Shown here in pieces: positions 38,001-51,100 of a DNA stretch of 64,000 nt; position 1 is the first letter of the stretch, and every line of letters begins with the position of its first letter. The notes under the pieces are model-generated. The model saw only the letters and a list, made by a program, of their open reading frames with translations. It ran no database searches and was not told the origin of the DNA. Both the position numbers and the translations under genes were made by a program. The DNA is taken from assembly GCA_965285935.1 (NCBI GenBank), contig OZ260664.1:89404001-89468000 (forward strand). The letters are read 5' to 3'. The DNA is from Ophelia neglecta (Eukaryota).

Positions 38001-39762
38001 TGACTGGCATGTTGGAGCAACATGTCAAGGAGCTTTCAAAAATTGAAAAGGACATACCGTTTATTCTTGAAAAGAATAATGCTGAATACTATGATTCAAT
38101 ACAAGATCGGATCAATTGTATGAAAAACACGTCAGAGTTTGGCGGCTATCTTGAATGTATGGGAATCGCCTTCTTGGCAAAATTACCCATTCATATATAC
38201 AGAGAAGAAAACGATCAGTACAAACTACATGCAAAGTTTCCTCAAGACCATTATGAGGAATCACTGCCCATATCTATAGTGTACACCATGGACCGACGAG
38301 ACCAACCGGGACATTTCAATTTACTCCTCATCGGCGACAGTAAGCAACCAGAATGGAGCACTAACGATGACAACATTTTCCCGACGAGAGCAGATGACAG
38401 GCATACTGCTTCATTCATGGATATTCTAAATACCTGGTCTGATACCACCAAATCGACAAGTCTAGGTAATGAATTATTTTTATTTGAGCAAAACAGCTAT
38501 ATACAAACTCAAATTAACATAAACATATACATTACTAAGTCGTCCGGACGCCAACACTAGTTGAGGCTGATTTGTTGCAGGCCCTCCTCTTCATTACAAC
38601 GCCTTATTAAAGTCAATGAAATGAAATATTATCAAAATGATTATACATGAGCATAAGTAATAATAGTCAGCTTAGAATACAATGTATTTCAACATACACA
38701 CAGTACATCCATACATATGTAAACATATTGAAACAATTGTACATACAAATTGACACAACCATATTGGCGCTTTCTATAAATTAGGCATCTAATGTACGAC
38801 CTTGAGATCAGATGAGGTCATTCAAAGACATAAATGTAAAAACCATAATGCAATCGAAGATGCAAAGAAGCAGAAAATAGTTTGCAATCATGCTATAAGC
38901 AACACTGAAGTGCCTTTTCTTTAACAAGAATTACCACTTAACGCACGAACAGTTGCTTTCATACAATGATGAAAAAAATTGAACTTATAATTTGATGTAT
39001 GCTTCCATGTTTTTAATTTCAAGTAGTTAAATATATTATTATATCACTGTGTTTATAACATTTATTAGACCTTTATCAGAATGGATATAGCGTCTATGGC
39101 TGGTGCAAGGTTTGCGTCATATTTGTACCAATTCTAATAAGAATGATGGGGTACTGATTGTTATATTTTATGAAAAAGCTTAGGGCACTTCAGTGACGGT
39201 TTGCTCGAGATAAAAACTCCTGACCAGTGTGCCATTAGCTCACTACTGTGTAATAATCTGTCGAATGTAGGGGGTGTTTGACAAAATACGTTTGAGAGAA
39301 TGCGCCTGATATTGATTACCAAATACGGATGTCTCACGTCCAGGGTATCGCGAGTGCAGCATTTAGGGAAAAGAGCCTGGTTTGCTAGTCGCTAGTTTGA
39401 TTTTGCGTTATGTAAATACTAATTAATATTTTTTTAAATATTTAGTTAAATATCAACCCTTTTCCTTTTTAAAGTCATTTCTTGTTATCGTTGGATTCGT
39501 TGTTATTTCAGATGAAACATTTATCCGTGAGAACTCATGTGCGTTATGCCACATTCCAGCTAGTTTTGAAGAGGCAACATGTTTGAGTGAGTCAGCACTT
39601 GAACAATCAACTGTCGCTCTAGTGCACAACATACTTTGGGTGCGTTGCATTGGTTGTTCCGGTTGGTGCCACCTGCGATGCTGTCCCAATTACTACTCAT
39701 TTGCCGACTTAGTTCTGATAAACAGAGAAGATAATGGATTTTATTGTACTAATTGTCAATAA
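26059..39762 (+). CDS. Multidomain GREB1-like protein: ZnF-TTF + circularly permuted SF2 helicase + TAGT glycosyltransferase + OTU + PHD (~2215 aa, 7 exons; 5' end uncertain)
   Basis: Exons 26059-26119, 26258-26387, 27861-28239, 30945-35994, 36137-36254, 37807-38465 and 39512-39762. All introns are GT-AG with matching phases (1,2,0,1,2,1). The total is 6648 nt with no internal stop. Confidence 0.78.
26258..28239 (+). CDS. Exons 2-3: TTF-type zinc finger (hAT transposase/ZMYM-like)
   Basis: LTDEEKYSFL..W...FDFPPR|RRGKKTMKLQPHWLTDYPLLRYSVSENAVYCVYCLLF...GYKDWSNL...H...PH. Confidence 0.8.
27583..27759. mobile_element. Tc1/mariner-type MITE in intron
   Basis: TA|CAGTAAAACCTGTGAATAAAGACC ... GGTCTTTAAGACAGGTGTCACTG|TA, with internal GGTGGTCT subrepeats. 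Confidence 0.8.
30945..35994 (+). CDS. 5050-bp exon: GREB1-like circularly permuted SF2 helicase plus TET/JBP-associated-type (GT-A fold) glycosyltransferase
   Basis: Walker B LIVADEAHW (~31446), motif III VTATG, motif V LVDKGRLGDTFP and motif VI QELGRLCRY (~33672) all precede Walker A EPQIGKTG (~34059). The C-terminal part has IFTSSYKR, HFLVVR.EE, GIGYSR, FMIDDN (~34995) and ED..L.....GL...KYNRF...K. Confidence 0.85.
37030..37135 (-). mobile_element. Decayed GIY-YIG endonuclease fragment (Penelope-like) in intron
   Basis: LITCNECGFQYVG followed, after a 1-nt slip, by QTIESLHRSVGDHR. Confidence 0.55.
37205..37335 (+). pseudogene. Degenerate duplicate of the 5' part of the OTU exon
   Basis: PTPLHKDETAINLSRSVVPVCGDGRSLFRCIAA* versus QTPLHVEETAVNSSTKVVLIRGDGRCLFRCIAAY at 37830-37930. 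Confidence 0.8.
37807..38465 (+). CDS. Exon 6: OTU-family cysteine protease domain
   Basis: GDGRCLFR catalytic loop (Cys at 37904), FGGYLE, and GHFNLL (His at ~38312). Confidence 0.85.
39512..39762 (+). CDS. Terminal exon: PHD finger (not in the ORF track)
   Basis: CALC...ILWVRCIGCSGWCHLRC...FYCTNCQ* matches C4-H-C3. The tttcag acceptor is in phase with the OTU exon donor. Confidence 0.8.
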
Positions 39763-42353
39763 GTGTATTTTAAAATGGTTACAACACATGACGATCGAGA
39801 TGTGTCGACAAAAACGGTCTACTATCATGCAAACCAACAATCCCACATACGCTAGAAAGTATTGATTCAGTCCATGGAAAAAATTGTCCCTTGACCCGGT
39901 AGCCTAGAGTTGGGCTACAGTCTCAATCTGACCGTAGAAAGGCTAACAACAAAATAACTAACGATTGGAATTCAGGGCTCACTCGTAATGAAATGTGGAA
40001 AGTAATGGATATCTTCAATCATCTACCCTCACCTCCACCTCGCAGTGTATTCCCGAAAAGGTAAGCGTCTTGTGAGAACAATAGATGACTTAGTAATATG
40101 TTAAACCAGCCTCATTTGAATGCCGTGATACAAGTGTCTAAGATGAATACACAAACACTGTATTCAACATGCGTTTCTGTTCCTGTAAATTTGCATGAAC
40201 TAATATTTTAAATTGAGACAAGTTATATATATTAAACTTAGTCTTTATTATTTGTGTATGTATCTAAAGCTGGTCGAAGACACCAACTTTTCAATGGGTT
40301 TTATAAAGACCAATGTTAGAATATGTTTTAATAAGCAGTAAACCTTTATTTGTTATTATGTATGCATGTCATATGTTATTCATTATGTATACACCTACAT
40401 ATTATATACAGTCTTCAAAGTGAATTTTAATGAAACGTGCGATAGCATAAAATGAGCAAATATTGTACATACAGTGTGTATAATTAGATTCTTAATAATT
40501 CAGAAAATGAACACAGCCTATGCCTTAAACATCAGCTTATAACATTTTACCCCTTCGCAATTTTCACAATTATTTCTTCATGGATCTATCATGACATAAA
40601 GCATCAATACTTTAATGTTATTGACTAAATAGAACAAAGAACCTTTACATAATGCGCACCCTTCCTCTTAGGCAATCTTGGTATGTAAATATATCAACAC
40701 CCAAGTATATATCCTGAAATGCCATATTATATGATATTTGAATAGTGAGTAGTTTCCAGTTTAATCGCGATATGCCTATTCATAATAATTCGATTGTGAT
40801 TTATTAATAAAATGAAATCGGATTTAATTGCTTGTATTTTGTCTTTGACTTATCTTATTGAAGCGACCGAGCTACCGTGGAAACGATAAAAGGAATTAAT
40901 TAGTGTACATTGGGAGAAGGAACTCAACTATGTATTTTATAATATGTAAAGATAAGTCAAGAGTTTCACTAAATGTAACTCCAAGAAAAATAAACTGATA
41001 TTCGATCATAAGTCCATGAGGATAAGGTTGGTAGTACGTTTCATGTAGAGCTCATAAAAGCTAACTCCTGCTCGAAATCCAAACCAAAATATCTACACGT
41101 CATCTCCAGGGTGTAAAAGCGGCAGGCCGCCTGGTCGAGGGCAGAGTAGTATCCAAGCAGATGGTTCAGCGTTGATTACTACTAGCTGAAGTCAGAGCGT
41201 CGTACTACTTTAATTTGTTATGTCTCAGCCGACGTGAGCAGAAGCACCTGATATTTATACAGGTACCTTAACAGCGGATATTTATACACAAAAAAAGATA
41301 AATTAATCAACTATTGTTCCCGCTGCTGCTTTAGGAGGGACTTCGGACAAGATCCGGACACTTTGAATATTCTTGCTCCAGAGAAAAGGCCCGTGACAGT
41401 CGGCAGTTTGACCTCTTTCCGTATAAATGGGCATATATATTATTGGGCGATGCGATTAAAATCTGGGTTTATATACAGTGTAATCCCTGGATTCTGATCT
41501 GGCGTTGAAACTTGTACTTATATTTGAATGTGTGCTTATGGTTTGAATATAAATTTAGCATTTCATTATTGGATTTAGTTTTGGAACTAGAATATGGCGC
41601 TGACATACCAGCAGCGAAGTGTTCTTCTGGATCCCTATAGCTTTGCAACTACGCACAAAAAATGGATTTATGACAGCAAGCAGGTGGTGACACTTTTATC
41701 TGTCAGCAAGTGGCTTTAAGCTGCTCGTTACTAATAGAAAAGGGAACATAAAATATATATTGCTTGGTCAACCGACCTTTAAAAAATGCATCCATGCCAG
41801 AATCCATTCGATGTAAAGAGCCTCCTTCTCCCATTCACATACACCATCTGTTAAACTGATCCATGTTAAATATAATCATAGCTATATTGATACATGAAAA
41901 CAACCGAGTTAGTTTACCTCATTCAAAACTGCTTTATATTATAAATATAGGCAAAGTACAACAAAGCGGTTTCGAACTTTACGGACTTCTTGTTCGGAGC
42001 TGCGAAAAAGTTTGAATTTGTTTGATTATGCGATACCCATGATAGTAATGTGACACTAATAAGATTGGACTTTGTTTGAGAAAAGTGAGGCGAGGATAGA
42101 TAGCACTGAAAATATAAATAAGCCGCAAGCCATACATCTCTACCTCCAATATCGCCCACTGTAATCATAACATTCAGTGAGCTGTTTCCCTACTATACTG
42201 GCATCCTTTAGCAACAGTGACCATCATTGATATAAAGAGGTGTGAACGCACCCTCCACAGCCGGCTGCCTGCCGGTAGTAACACGAGTAAGGGTTCTACG
42301 CGCAAGTAAAACCTGCTGATTGCGTAACGCATTGTGTTAACTCGGCCTTACTA

Positions 42354-42502
42354 GGCGGTAATGTCGAGTTATCGTCTAGACAGCATTACCAACTTCAAGT
42401 AATGCTGTGTGTCATGACAGACAGCATTACCAGAAGTTGGTAATGCTGTCCGATTGACACACAGCATTACCTGAAGTTGGTAATGCTGTCCGATAGACAC
42501 AC
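42354..42502. repeat. Array of three ~41-bp palindromic units, probably the subterminal region of a TIR element
   Basis: CAGCATTAC-N9-GTAATGCTG x3, preceded by GGCGGTAATG and truncated by the Gypsy LTR. Confidence 0.65.
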
Positions 42503-42671
42503 TGTGATATATTCATATTAACTACTTGTAGTACTATACTACTATACCTACCTATCTATTGTATTATTTGACGTCATAGCACGCATGCGCAATAACGTGT
42601 CTCTCCTCGTGTTTACTTCAAGCTTAGTCGTTGGCTTATTTCCATGCCCACTTTACACCGAAAATATTACA
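42503..42671 (+). repeat. Putative short 5' LTR (169 bp)
   Basis: TGTGATAT...ATATTACA inverted ends, immediately upstream of the PBS. Confidence 0.7.
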
Positions 42672-42672
42672 G

Positions 42673-42685
42673 TGGCGACGAGGAT
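42673..42685 (+). promoter_or_regulatory. Primer binding site, tRNA-Ser type
   Basis: TGGCGACGAGGAT is complementary to the 3' end ATCCTCGTCG-CCA of tRNA-Ser(GCT). Confidence 0.8.
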
Positions 42686-42962
42686 CGGCCTAGACGGACC
42701 AACAAGATGATTCGGTGGATATAGCTGCTCAGTATTGTGATATTGGCAACGTTTAGGAAGCGTGGATTTTCAGTGGATTTGTTTTCTTTTGTGCATGGGG
42801 TTCAGATCTCATGAATGTGACACTGGACATTTTGAGCACATAGGTGGAGTGCCGTGTGCAGAGTGTGGAACTTTGACAGCCATTTTTCTTTTCGTCTGTG
42901 AGTGAGTACAAGGATTCGATCCTGGAATTTTCAATATTGCTGCCGGAGGCTTTATTGGCAGT

Positions 42963-43770
42963 GTGGGAACTTATGATAGCACAAAAGAAACTTTTGTTGC
43001 ATATACTGAGAGAATAGAAATGTTTTTTGAGGCAAATAGTATTGTGGAAACACCTGGCGAAACGGAGGCACAGGTAGCGGCAAGACAAGCTGTCAAGGAC
43101 AGGAAGAAGGCCATTTTTCTTAGTGAGGTGGGTGCAGAAGTGTATTCTATTTTAAGCAATTTAATTGCTCCAAACAAGCCCAAGGACAAGGGTATCGATG
43201 ACATTTATGAAGTGCTGAAAGCACATTTCAATCCTCCTCCACTAGAAATTTCAGAATCATTTCACTTTGGCACAAGGAATCAGAAACCAGGAGAAAGCAT
43301 CAGTGATTTTATTCTAGCTCTAAAGAAATTGACCATTCATTGTAACTTTGGCACTTACCGTAGTAGAGCTCTAAGAGACAGATTTGTGTGTGGCTTACAA
43401 GATTCCAGGATTCAGAATAAACTTCTGAACACTAAAGATTTAACAATTGACAGTGCATGTCAGATAGCTACAGCAATGGAGATGGCTGACAGGCAAGCAA
43501 AGGAGATGCGGACCAGCTTAGGAAGTGGCAAGCCAGAGTCTGGAGCTGTAAATAAAGTTAATAGGCAAGCTCAGCAGCAGAAGCAAGCAACTGGAGGACA
43601 TTCAACTGGAAACCTGGATCCAGGCCTTCCGGAAGTGACCAAATAAACTCCCACAGAGGAAACATCGTGTGTTATAGATGTGGTGGTGACCATTTAGCCA
43701 CTAATTGTTTAAGGAAGGGAGCCACATGTTATAAATGCAAGAAATTAGGTCATCTTGCCAATAGATGTCG
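42963..43770 (+). pseudogene. gag: Gypsy gag with two CCHC knuckles (frameshifted)
   Basis: RNQKPGESISDF..L......CNFG...LRDRFVCGL. The knuckles CYRCGGDHLATNC and CYKCKKLGHLANRC (43670-43768) lie in a different frame from both the upstream gag and pol. Confidence 0.85.
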
Positions 43771-45030
43771 GTCTTCGAGGCCCCAAGTCAAACCCATTTT
43801 GACAGAAATAAAATAAGTAAAAACTCAGCAGACAACAAATCTGTAAAATTTGTTGAATATGATAATGATAAACATGACTTTAATGAATCTGAACTTGGTA
43901 TATTTAGTATCAAATCTGAAAGTGATAAGAAAGGTTATTATGTGAATTTGTCAATTGGTGGAAAAATGTGTAATATGCAAGTTGACACAGCTGCAGACAG
44001 CTCAGTAATGAGCAAAATTGTGTACGAGTCAGAGTTTGCTCACATACAATTGAAACCCTCAAATGTAAAGTTGTCTACATACACAGGTGGCGAGATCAAG
44101 GTTTTGGGTGAAATTTCATGTAAAGTGTCTTATCAAGGTCAGAAATGTACTTTGCCAATGGTAATAGTTGATCTCGGTGAAAGACCCACTTTGTTGGGAA
44201 GAAACTGGTTGAATAAATTGAAATTAAATTGGGCAGAAATTTTCACAGTTAAGCAGAATGTAGGGAAAAATGCTAGAGATAGACTTGATCTGTTACTGCG
44301 CAGGCATGCACATTTGTTTCAAGATAATTACAATTGTATGAAGGGTCACGAAGCTCACATACGAGTAAAGCCTGATGCTACCCCAGTTTTCCATAAACCT
44401 CGTAGGGTCCCATATGCTCTTAGGGACGAAGTTGAAAAGGAGTTACAGAAATTAGAACACAATGGAGTTATAGTCAAAACAGAGAGATCAGAGTGGGCAA
44501 GCCCAATTGTGGTTGTGCCTAAGTCAGATAAATCTGTAAGAATATGTGGGGACTATAAAGTCAGTATTAATCAAGCAGTTGAAGATGAGCAGATTTCACT
44601 GCCCACTACACAAGACTTATATATAGAGCTAGCAGGCTCTAAGGTGTTTTCAAAATTGGATTTGTCACATGCCTATGCCCAGCTTAGTGTAGACAAGCAA
44701 AGCCAAGAGTACTTGACTATTAACACTCACAAAGGTCTGTACTCTTACACAAAATTACCTTATGGTGTCAAGTCGGCACCCAAAATTTTTCAGTCTAAAA
44801 TGGATCAAATTTTGCAGGGAATTCCAAAATGTGTTTGCAAGCAGGATGACATGTTGATTGGGGGTAATGATGACAATGAAAATTTGGACATTCTTGAAAG
44901 TGTATTACAGAGGTTGGATGAAAATAATGTTCATCTCAAATTGCCAAAATGCCAGTTTCTGAAAACTAAGATTGTGTATTTAGGGCTGGAATATAGTGCT
45001 GAGGGGCTAAGACCAGTTAAGTCAAAATTA
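43765..45030 (+). pseudogene. pol: Gypsy pol 5' part: protease + reverse transcriptase
   Basis: VDTAA protease site; WASPIVVVPK, RICGDYK, LDLSHAY, LPYGVKSAP and KQDD. Confidence 0.92.
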
Positions 45031-48000
45031 GACTCAGACTCAGACTCAGAACATTTTATTCGACCAGCACATTGTTACATATGAAAATCATGAAAAAGAA
45101 TAACAAAGATATAGGCAATGGGAAAACATACATGAATATTGATAAGAGAAAAAGAATAGTAGGCCAGGGAGACACTCATTAAGTCTTACAAAGACGCTAT
45201 CATGAGTGCCACCCTTATAATATTTATTGTTACAATAGTGATAAATAATGTTTAGTAGATGAAGGACAAAAGAAAACTTGACGTAACATACATATGTGGA
45301 TTCAAGCGGCACTCCCGATACAGCAACGGCATAGGTATGTGAATAAATATCAAGGAGAATAAACATACAAGGCGGGGCTTAGGGTATTTAAGATTAACAT
45401 CGTATAGGGTTTGGCAGTTAAAAATTGACTGTTAATATAGATAAAATTACAGCTGGAGCTAGTAATGGACAAAGTGGAAACATGCAAATACATTACACAT
45501 ATATGCGCAAATGCACACAGTTCACATATACACATAGGACCCAGCATGTAACCGCTCAAACTAAAACAAAAGAATATGATTTACATATGGTCATGTAACC
45601 AATAGAGAGAAACGTGAATCTTTAAATGTCAATATAAATACAAATCTATGTTTAATCAAAGTCAACGTATATAAAGTCAATAGAAGTACAAATCGGTATT
45701 TAATCAAAGTTTACGTCTAAATATAAATACAAATATAAGTATAAATCCCAAGCACATTTTAAGACTATTGTATGTTGCTGTGCAGTTGACAGACATAACA
45801 GTTTACGAGGTTGCAATCGACTGCATAAGTATCTAATAGAAAAGTTTTAACACAAGATGAGAAACCAAGCAGGCTGTGTGTATGGACCTTGAGCTTAATA
45901 TGGTCAGACATCTCGTTCAAAATTGCGACAATATTGTAGCGAATCCTTTTTTTCGCAAATTCATGTTTCACAGAAATTTGATGGTATTTAGATTTATGTC
46001 TTGTGTCGTAGTGATGGATGTCGGAAAGATGATGTAAATTCAGGGTATCAAAATACTCCGGTATGTTGCCATTCTTATATTTGTAATAAAATTTTAATGT
46101 GTAGAGTGTGTAAATATCTTTTAATTTTAAAAGTTTCAGATGTTTAAAGATGGGTGTTGTGTGCGAGATATATTTACTGTTGGTGATTATGCGAACCACT
46201 TTTTTTTGCAGTTTATCTATTCGGGTGGTATCATGGCCCCATGCAAGAATACAATAGGACAAGTGTGGCAAAATGAGGGTTTTATAAATACCTTCGAGTA
46301 TGTTTCGTGGTAGAATAAGTTTCAGTCTACATAGAATCCCAATCGTTTTAGAGATAGTGTTGGATATTTTATTTAAATGATTTTTCCAGCTCAAATGCTT
46401 ATTAAAGTTTAAACCGAGAAAGTTAAAATCATCCACACATTCCAATGGAGAATTATTAATTGTTAGATTGGGAATAACAACTTTCTTCTTAGGCATGTGG
46501 AAAATCATAAATTTTGTTTTAGAAACATTTAAAGAGAGTTTATTTAGTTTAAGCCACTCATTAATTTTTTCCAATTCATTGTTTATATTTTGACTGCAAT
46601 TTAGGGAAGAATCGAACATGTTGCAAACGCTAAGAGTGCCAGACAAAGTGGTGTCGTCCGCATAAATGATTGTATGAAATAGCGTGCTGACACAACTAAT
46701 ATCATTCATATAGATAATGAACAAAAGTGGCCCAAGTATCGACCCCTGTGGCACTCCAGCTGTAATTGATGCCATTTCGGAACATTTATTATCCAACTGA
46801 ACAAACTGTTTACGATTTTGCAAGTAACTTTTGAAGAGTTCTAAAGAAGTGCCGGTAATTCCATAGGAGTGAAGTTTATAGAGAAGAATGTCGTGATTTA
46901 AGGTATCAAAAGCTTTAGAGAGATCCATATAGATATTAATTGGTGTCTCGTCTTTATCTAAAATGCTGATAATTCTATCCACTAGTTCTAACGCTGCAAA
47001 TTCTGTGGAATGTTTCTTTCTAAAGCCATATTGACTACAGTGAAATAGATTACGTGATTCAAAGTATTCATATAATTGGTTAGCAATAATTTTCTCGAAT
47101 ATTTTAGATATTGTTGGTAAGACGGAAATAGGACGATAATTATCAAGAAGAGTGTTATCGCCTTTTTTATAAATCGGCGTTACCTTTGCAATTTTAAGTC
47201 TATTGGGGAAGGTCCCTGTTGCCAAGGTTTGATTTATTATTATTGTCAAAGGAGATACAATGTTTTGTTTAATTTCTTTCAACAATTTGGAAGATAGTCC
47301 ATCTATGCTGCAACTACTTTTAGGTTTCAGTTCATCTATATATTTGGAGACAATTTGTTCAGAAATTGGCTCCAGTGCAAAGTTATGTTGAATAGTGTTT
47401 AAGAGGTAAGACTCAAAAGTTTTATTAGATGTATGTGTCAATTTTGAGGCCAGGCTGGGACCAATATTAATGAAATAGTTATTAAATTCATTGGCTATAA
47501 TCTGTTTGTCAGAAACGAGTTTACCATTTAAGTTGAGGCACTTAGGGAATTGCCCAGTCTTCTTTTTTCTATTAAGAATTTCACTTATTGTAGACCAAGT
47601 ATTTTTTTATGTCGTTTTTAAATTTAACAAAACATGCGTTGTAGTAGTCTTTTTTGGCTAATCTGATATTTCGATCTAGAATTGTGTTATAGGTGTCCAA
47701 ATTGGTTTTCAGGGTGTTGTATTCAAGAGTATCCTGTAAAGTTGATTTGACTTTTTTATAGAGTTTATCTCTGAATTTAATTGATCTAATTATTCCTTGT
47801 GTAATCCATTGTGATTTTTTATGTTTGTACTTATTGAATTTCACGACTTTAGGTTGTAAATGTTTGCAATATGCATGTGTAATGACATTATCAATAATAT
47901 TATAGTTATGATCGGGGTCTGCCATTTCATCTAGGTTCATCTGAGAAAGAATATTAGAGTTTGAAATTTCAAGCCTGAAATTGTTAACCGTTAATGGATT

Positions 48001-48165
48001 AGTTCTGCTAACCTCAATGTATGCAGGTGATTCTGTACGAGTATGAATCATGTTGTTAATAGCGGTTTAGTTTATTAGCTCTTGGCCTCAAAGAGGCATG
48101 GAGCACAGAGAAACATACATAGGTACATACAAGCTTAATCAGTACAATTAACATGTGCAATATAT

Positions 48166-51100
48166 TTACATGCAATGAAATGAAAGAATTTTTCTGATAT
48201 ATATTGAGAGCTTGCGTGACAATTTAGCATCAGTCATTAATGTAATAAATTTAAACATACTTGGCCGTTCACAGAAGTGAGGGGGCAGGTAGTGCCTCCT
48301 GAGCTTCACAATTACATCATTATTACATTCGAGCAACGCATGGTATTCGTCGCACAAGCAGTTTCTATTACATACTGTACAGAGCCGTTCGAGACGAGGG
48401 GTGCGTTTGTACCTTCCAGTCTCGATGGGCAAGCAATGATTGCTTGAGCGGAATCTACATAATTGAATGGCCAAATTATGAGGCAATTCGTCCAGATAGC
48501 TTTCAAATTTAAACATTGTCTTGTAGGCAGAGTATGATAAACAATATGACCTTGACGAGATATCACTATGCCAACCTTGTATAAAAAGATCCATCAATTT
48601 CCTGTTTAGGTGCAGTTTGAGCCAAACTGGATTGACGTATGTCGCTTGTGAGATAAACAGATTAGGACAGCCACAGCTTTCAAAGATAGACTTAACAAAA
48701 AGTAACCATGGTTGCGAGTACATGTCGAGATTAAATAATTGATATACGTATCTATAGAGTGTGCTGCTTAGTTTACTTTGCTTGCCAGTGGCGAGCTTTA
48801 CCCAGAAACCAGCCATTCTAGTTTTAATAGATACTTCAAGTGGGTACCGACCACTTTCTCCATATACCATAGCAGAGCAGGTGGAAGCCCTAAGACCCAG
48901 AACATATTTACAATATTTAAGGTGTAACCTTTCTATCACAGTTATATTAGTGTGACCCCAAACTTCACAGCCATAGGTGAGTATAGGTAATATCATGGTG
49001 TCAAATAAATCTAGGCGAGTTTTAATAGGTAATTTTAAAGCATTACACCTGCTCAGTACAGAGAACATAGCACGCTGAGCCTGCTCAACAAGATATAGTT
49101 TACATTTTGCAAAATTGCCAGTACTAGTAAAGAGAATACCAAGGTATTTGAATTCGTTAACAACTTCAACTGGACGATTATCATACACAAAATTGAAAAT
49201 AACACCACGGGATTGTCGCTTCCCAAATACACACACTTTGGTTTTATCGGCGTTAACACACAGATGCCATTGACAACAATACTCGGCAAGATCATCGAGA
49301 CCCTTCTGAAGTTTAGCTTCAGTATTTGCAAGAATGGCAGTGTCATCAGCATACAAAATTAGCAAAATAGTTATAACACTTTCAGCATCGACAAAAACTC
49401 CTTCATTTCCTTTACTAAACAGGTAAGATTCCAAGTCGTTGACAAAGAAAGAGAACAATAATGGAGATAAGTTTTCACCTTGTCTTACACCAGTAGAGCA
49501 CAGAAAGTAATCACTGATCCTGCCATTTTTACACACACAAGATTTAACATTTGCGTAAATACTTTTAACAACTCCTATTAGTTTACTATTAGAGCTAAGA
49601 CCTTGGCTATGTAGCTTCCACCACAATGTATCACGCCATACCATGTCAAACGCCTTGGAATAATCGACAAAAGCACAAAACACTTTTTCTTTTCGAAAGA
49701 GCATAATGTCAATGATACATTTGAGAGAAAATATTTGATCAATTGTGCTATAGCCTTTACGAAAGCCAGCCTGATTTTCTTTAATTAGGTTATGAGATTC
49801 ACAAAATTCATTTAAACGGTTATTTATAAGGCTGGTGAACATTTTCCCCATACATGATAAGAGCGTAATTCCCCGATAATTCGTCGGGTTGCGCTTGTCT
49901 CCTTTTTTAAATATTGGCACGATCATACCATTGCTCCAAGCCTCCGGGAACTGCCCAGATTCCATGATAGCATTAAACAACAACACATAAATTGGCAAAA
50001 AGACATCTTTTGTACTTATAATGAATTCATTGATTATTCCATATAGACCACATGCCTTGGCACGTTTAAGTTTTGTAATAGCTATAGATATTTCGTCGGC
50101 AGTAAAAGGTATGTCAAGAGGTTCGAAATCAATACCGGGGTCATTTTCAGGAGCTGTTAGTTCCCGATTATCATCTAAACGGTCAGATTGTGTTTGCCCT
50201 AAATCTCTAAAGTGCTGGAAAAGGTCTGGCAATGCGGCTTGTATATCGTTTCCTTTCTTTTTAATGTTGAGCAATCTCCAATATTCTTTAGAGTTATTTC
50301 TTTTGAGGTCATTAAGTTTTGATCTCAGAGCACGCGATGCATCAGTCTCTGCCTTACGACGTTCACGTTTTAGGGCACGACTTTTACGGACAAGGTCCGT
50401 GCCAGTCCTAGCCAACCGCAGCCTCCGGTGCGTATTTTTTGCTTGGTGGTACTGAGACTTGGCTAATTTGTACTCTGGGCGTGAAAAATGATAAACATGT
50501 TTATTGACATTACTGTTATGAGAACTGTTAATTGAGGCACGGGGAGTTGGCTTTGGAAACGTTTTACCGGCGCTGCCAACCATAACATCGGTCATTAATT
50601 TAACTATAGAGTTGATATCTGGACTAGGGGCGTGAGCTTGTGCAAAGACCAGATTAATTTTGTCTTTATCTAGATTAATTAGGAAATCTTTAGCATGTAC
50701 ATCATCCCATGCTGAGTAAGGAACTGAATGTCCTTCACCAATGGACTCTGTGTTTACACTTTCCCTGGGTGTAACAATTGGACAGCTTATAAATGAAGCT
50801 ATGATAGGCTTATGAATATCAGAAAGAATAGGGTCGTAGTCCAAAATTTCAAATGAGACAATTTTGGAAGCAAGTATTGGGGAACCAATCATATAATCAA
50901 CTATAGTGTTATGAACAGTAGTACCAGCGCCTAGCTGAGCATCTGTGCCACAGCGACCATTGAACATAATTATAGAAGTGGATTTACATAAGTCAATTAA
51001 TCTATTGCCGTAATAGCAATCATTACTAGCATCGACAGAAATTCTGTGAAGTGGTAAACCATAGCTGAGAAGCTCACTTGCTGTATCAGAAAAATTAACA

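Noticed and set aside
39069-39109. Possible extra micro-exon between OTU and PHD
   Set aside because: It would break the phase or introduce a stop; the direct 38465-39512 splice is in frame.
42380-42502. CRISPR-like palindromic repeats
   Set aside because: The spacers are near-identical and only ~14 bp, and there are no cas genes.
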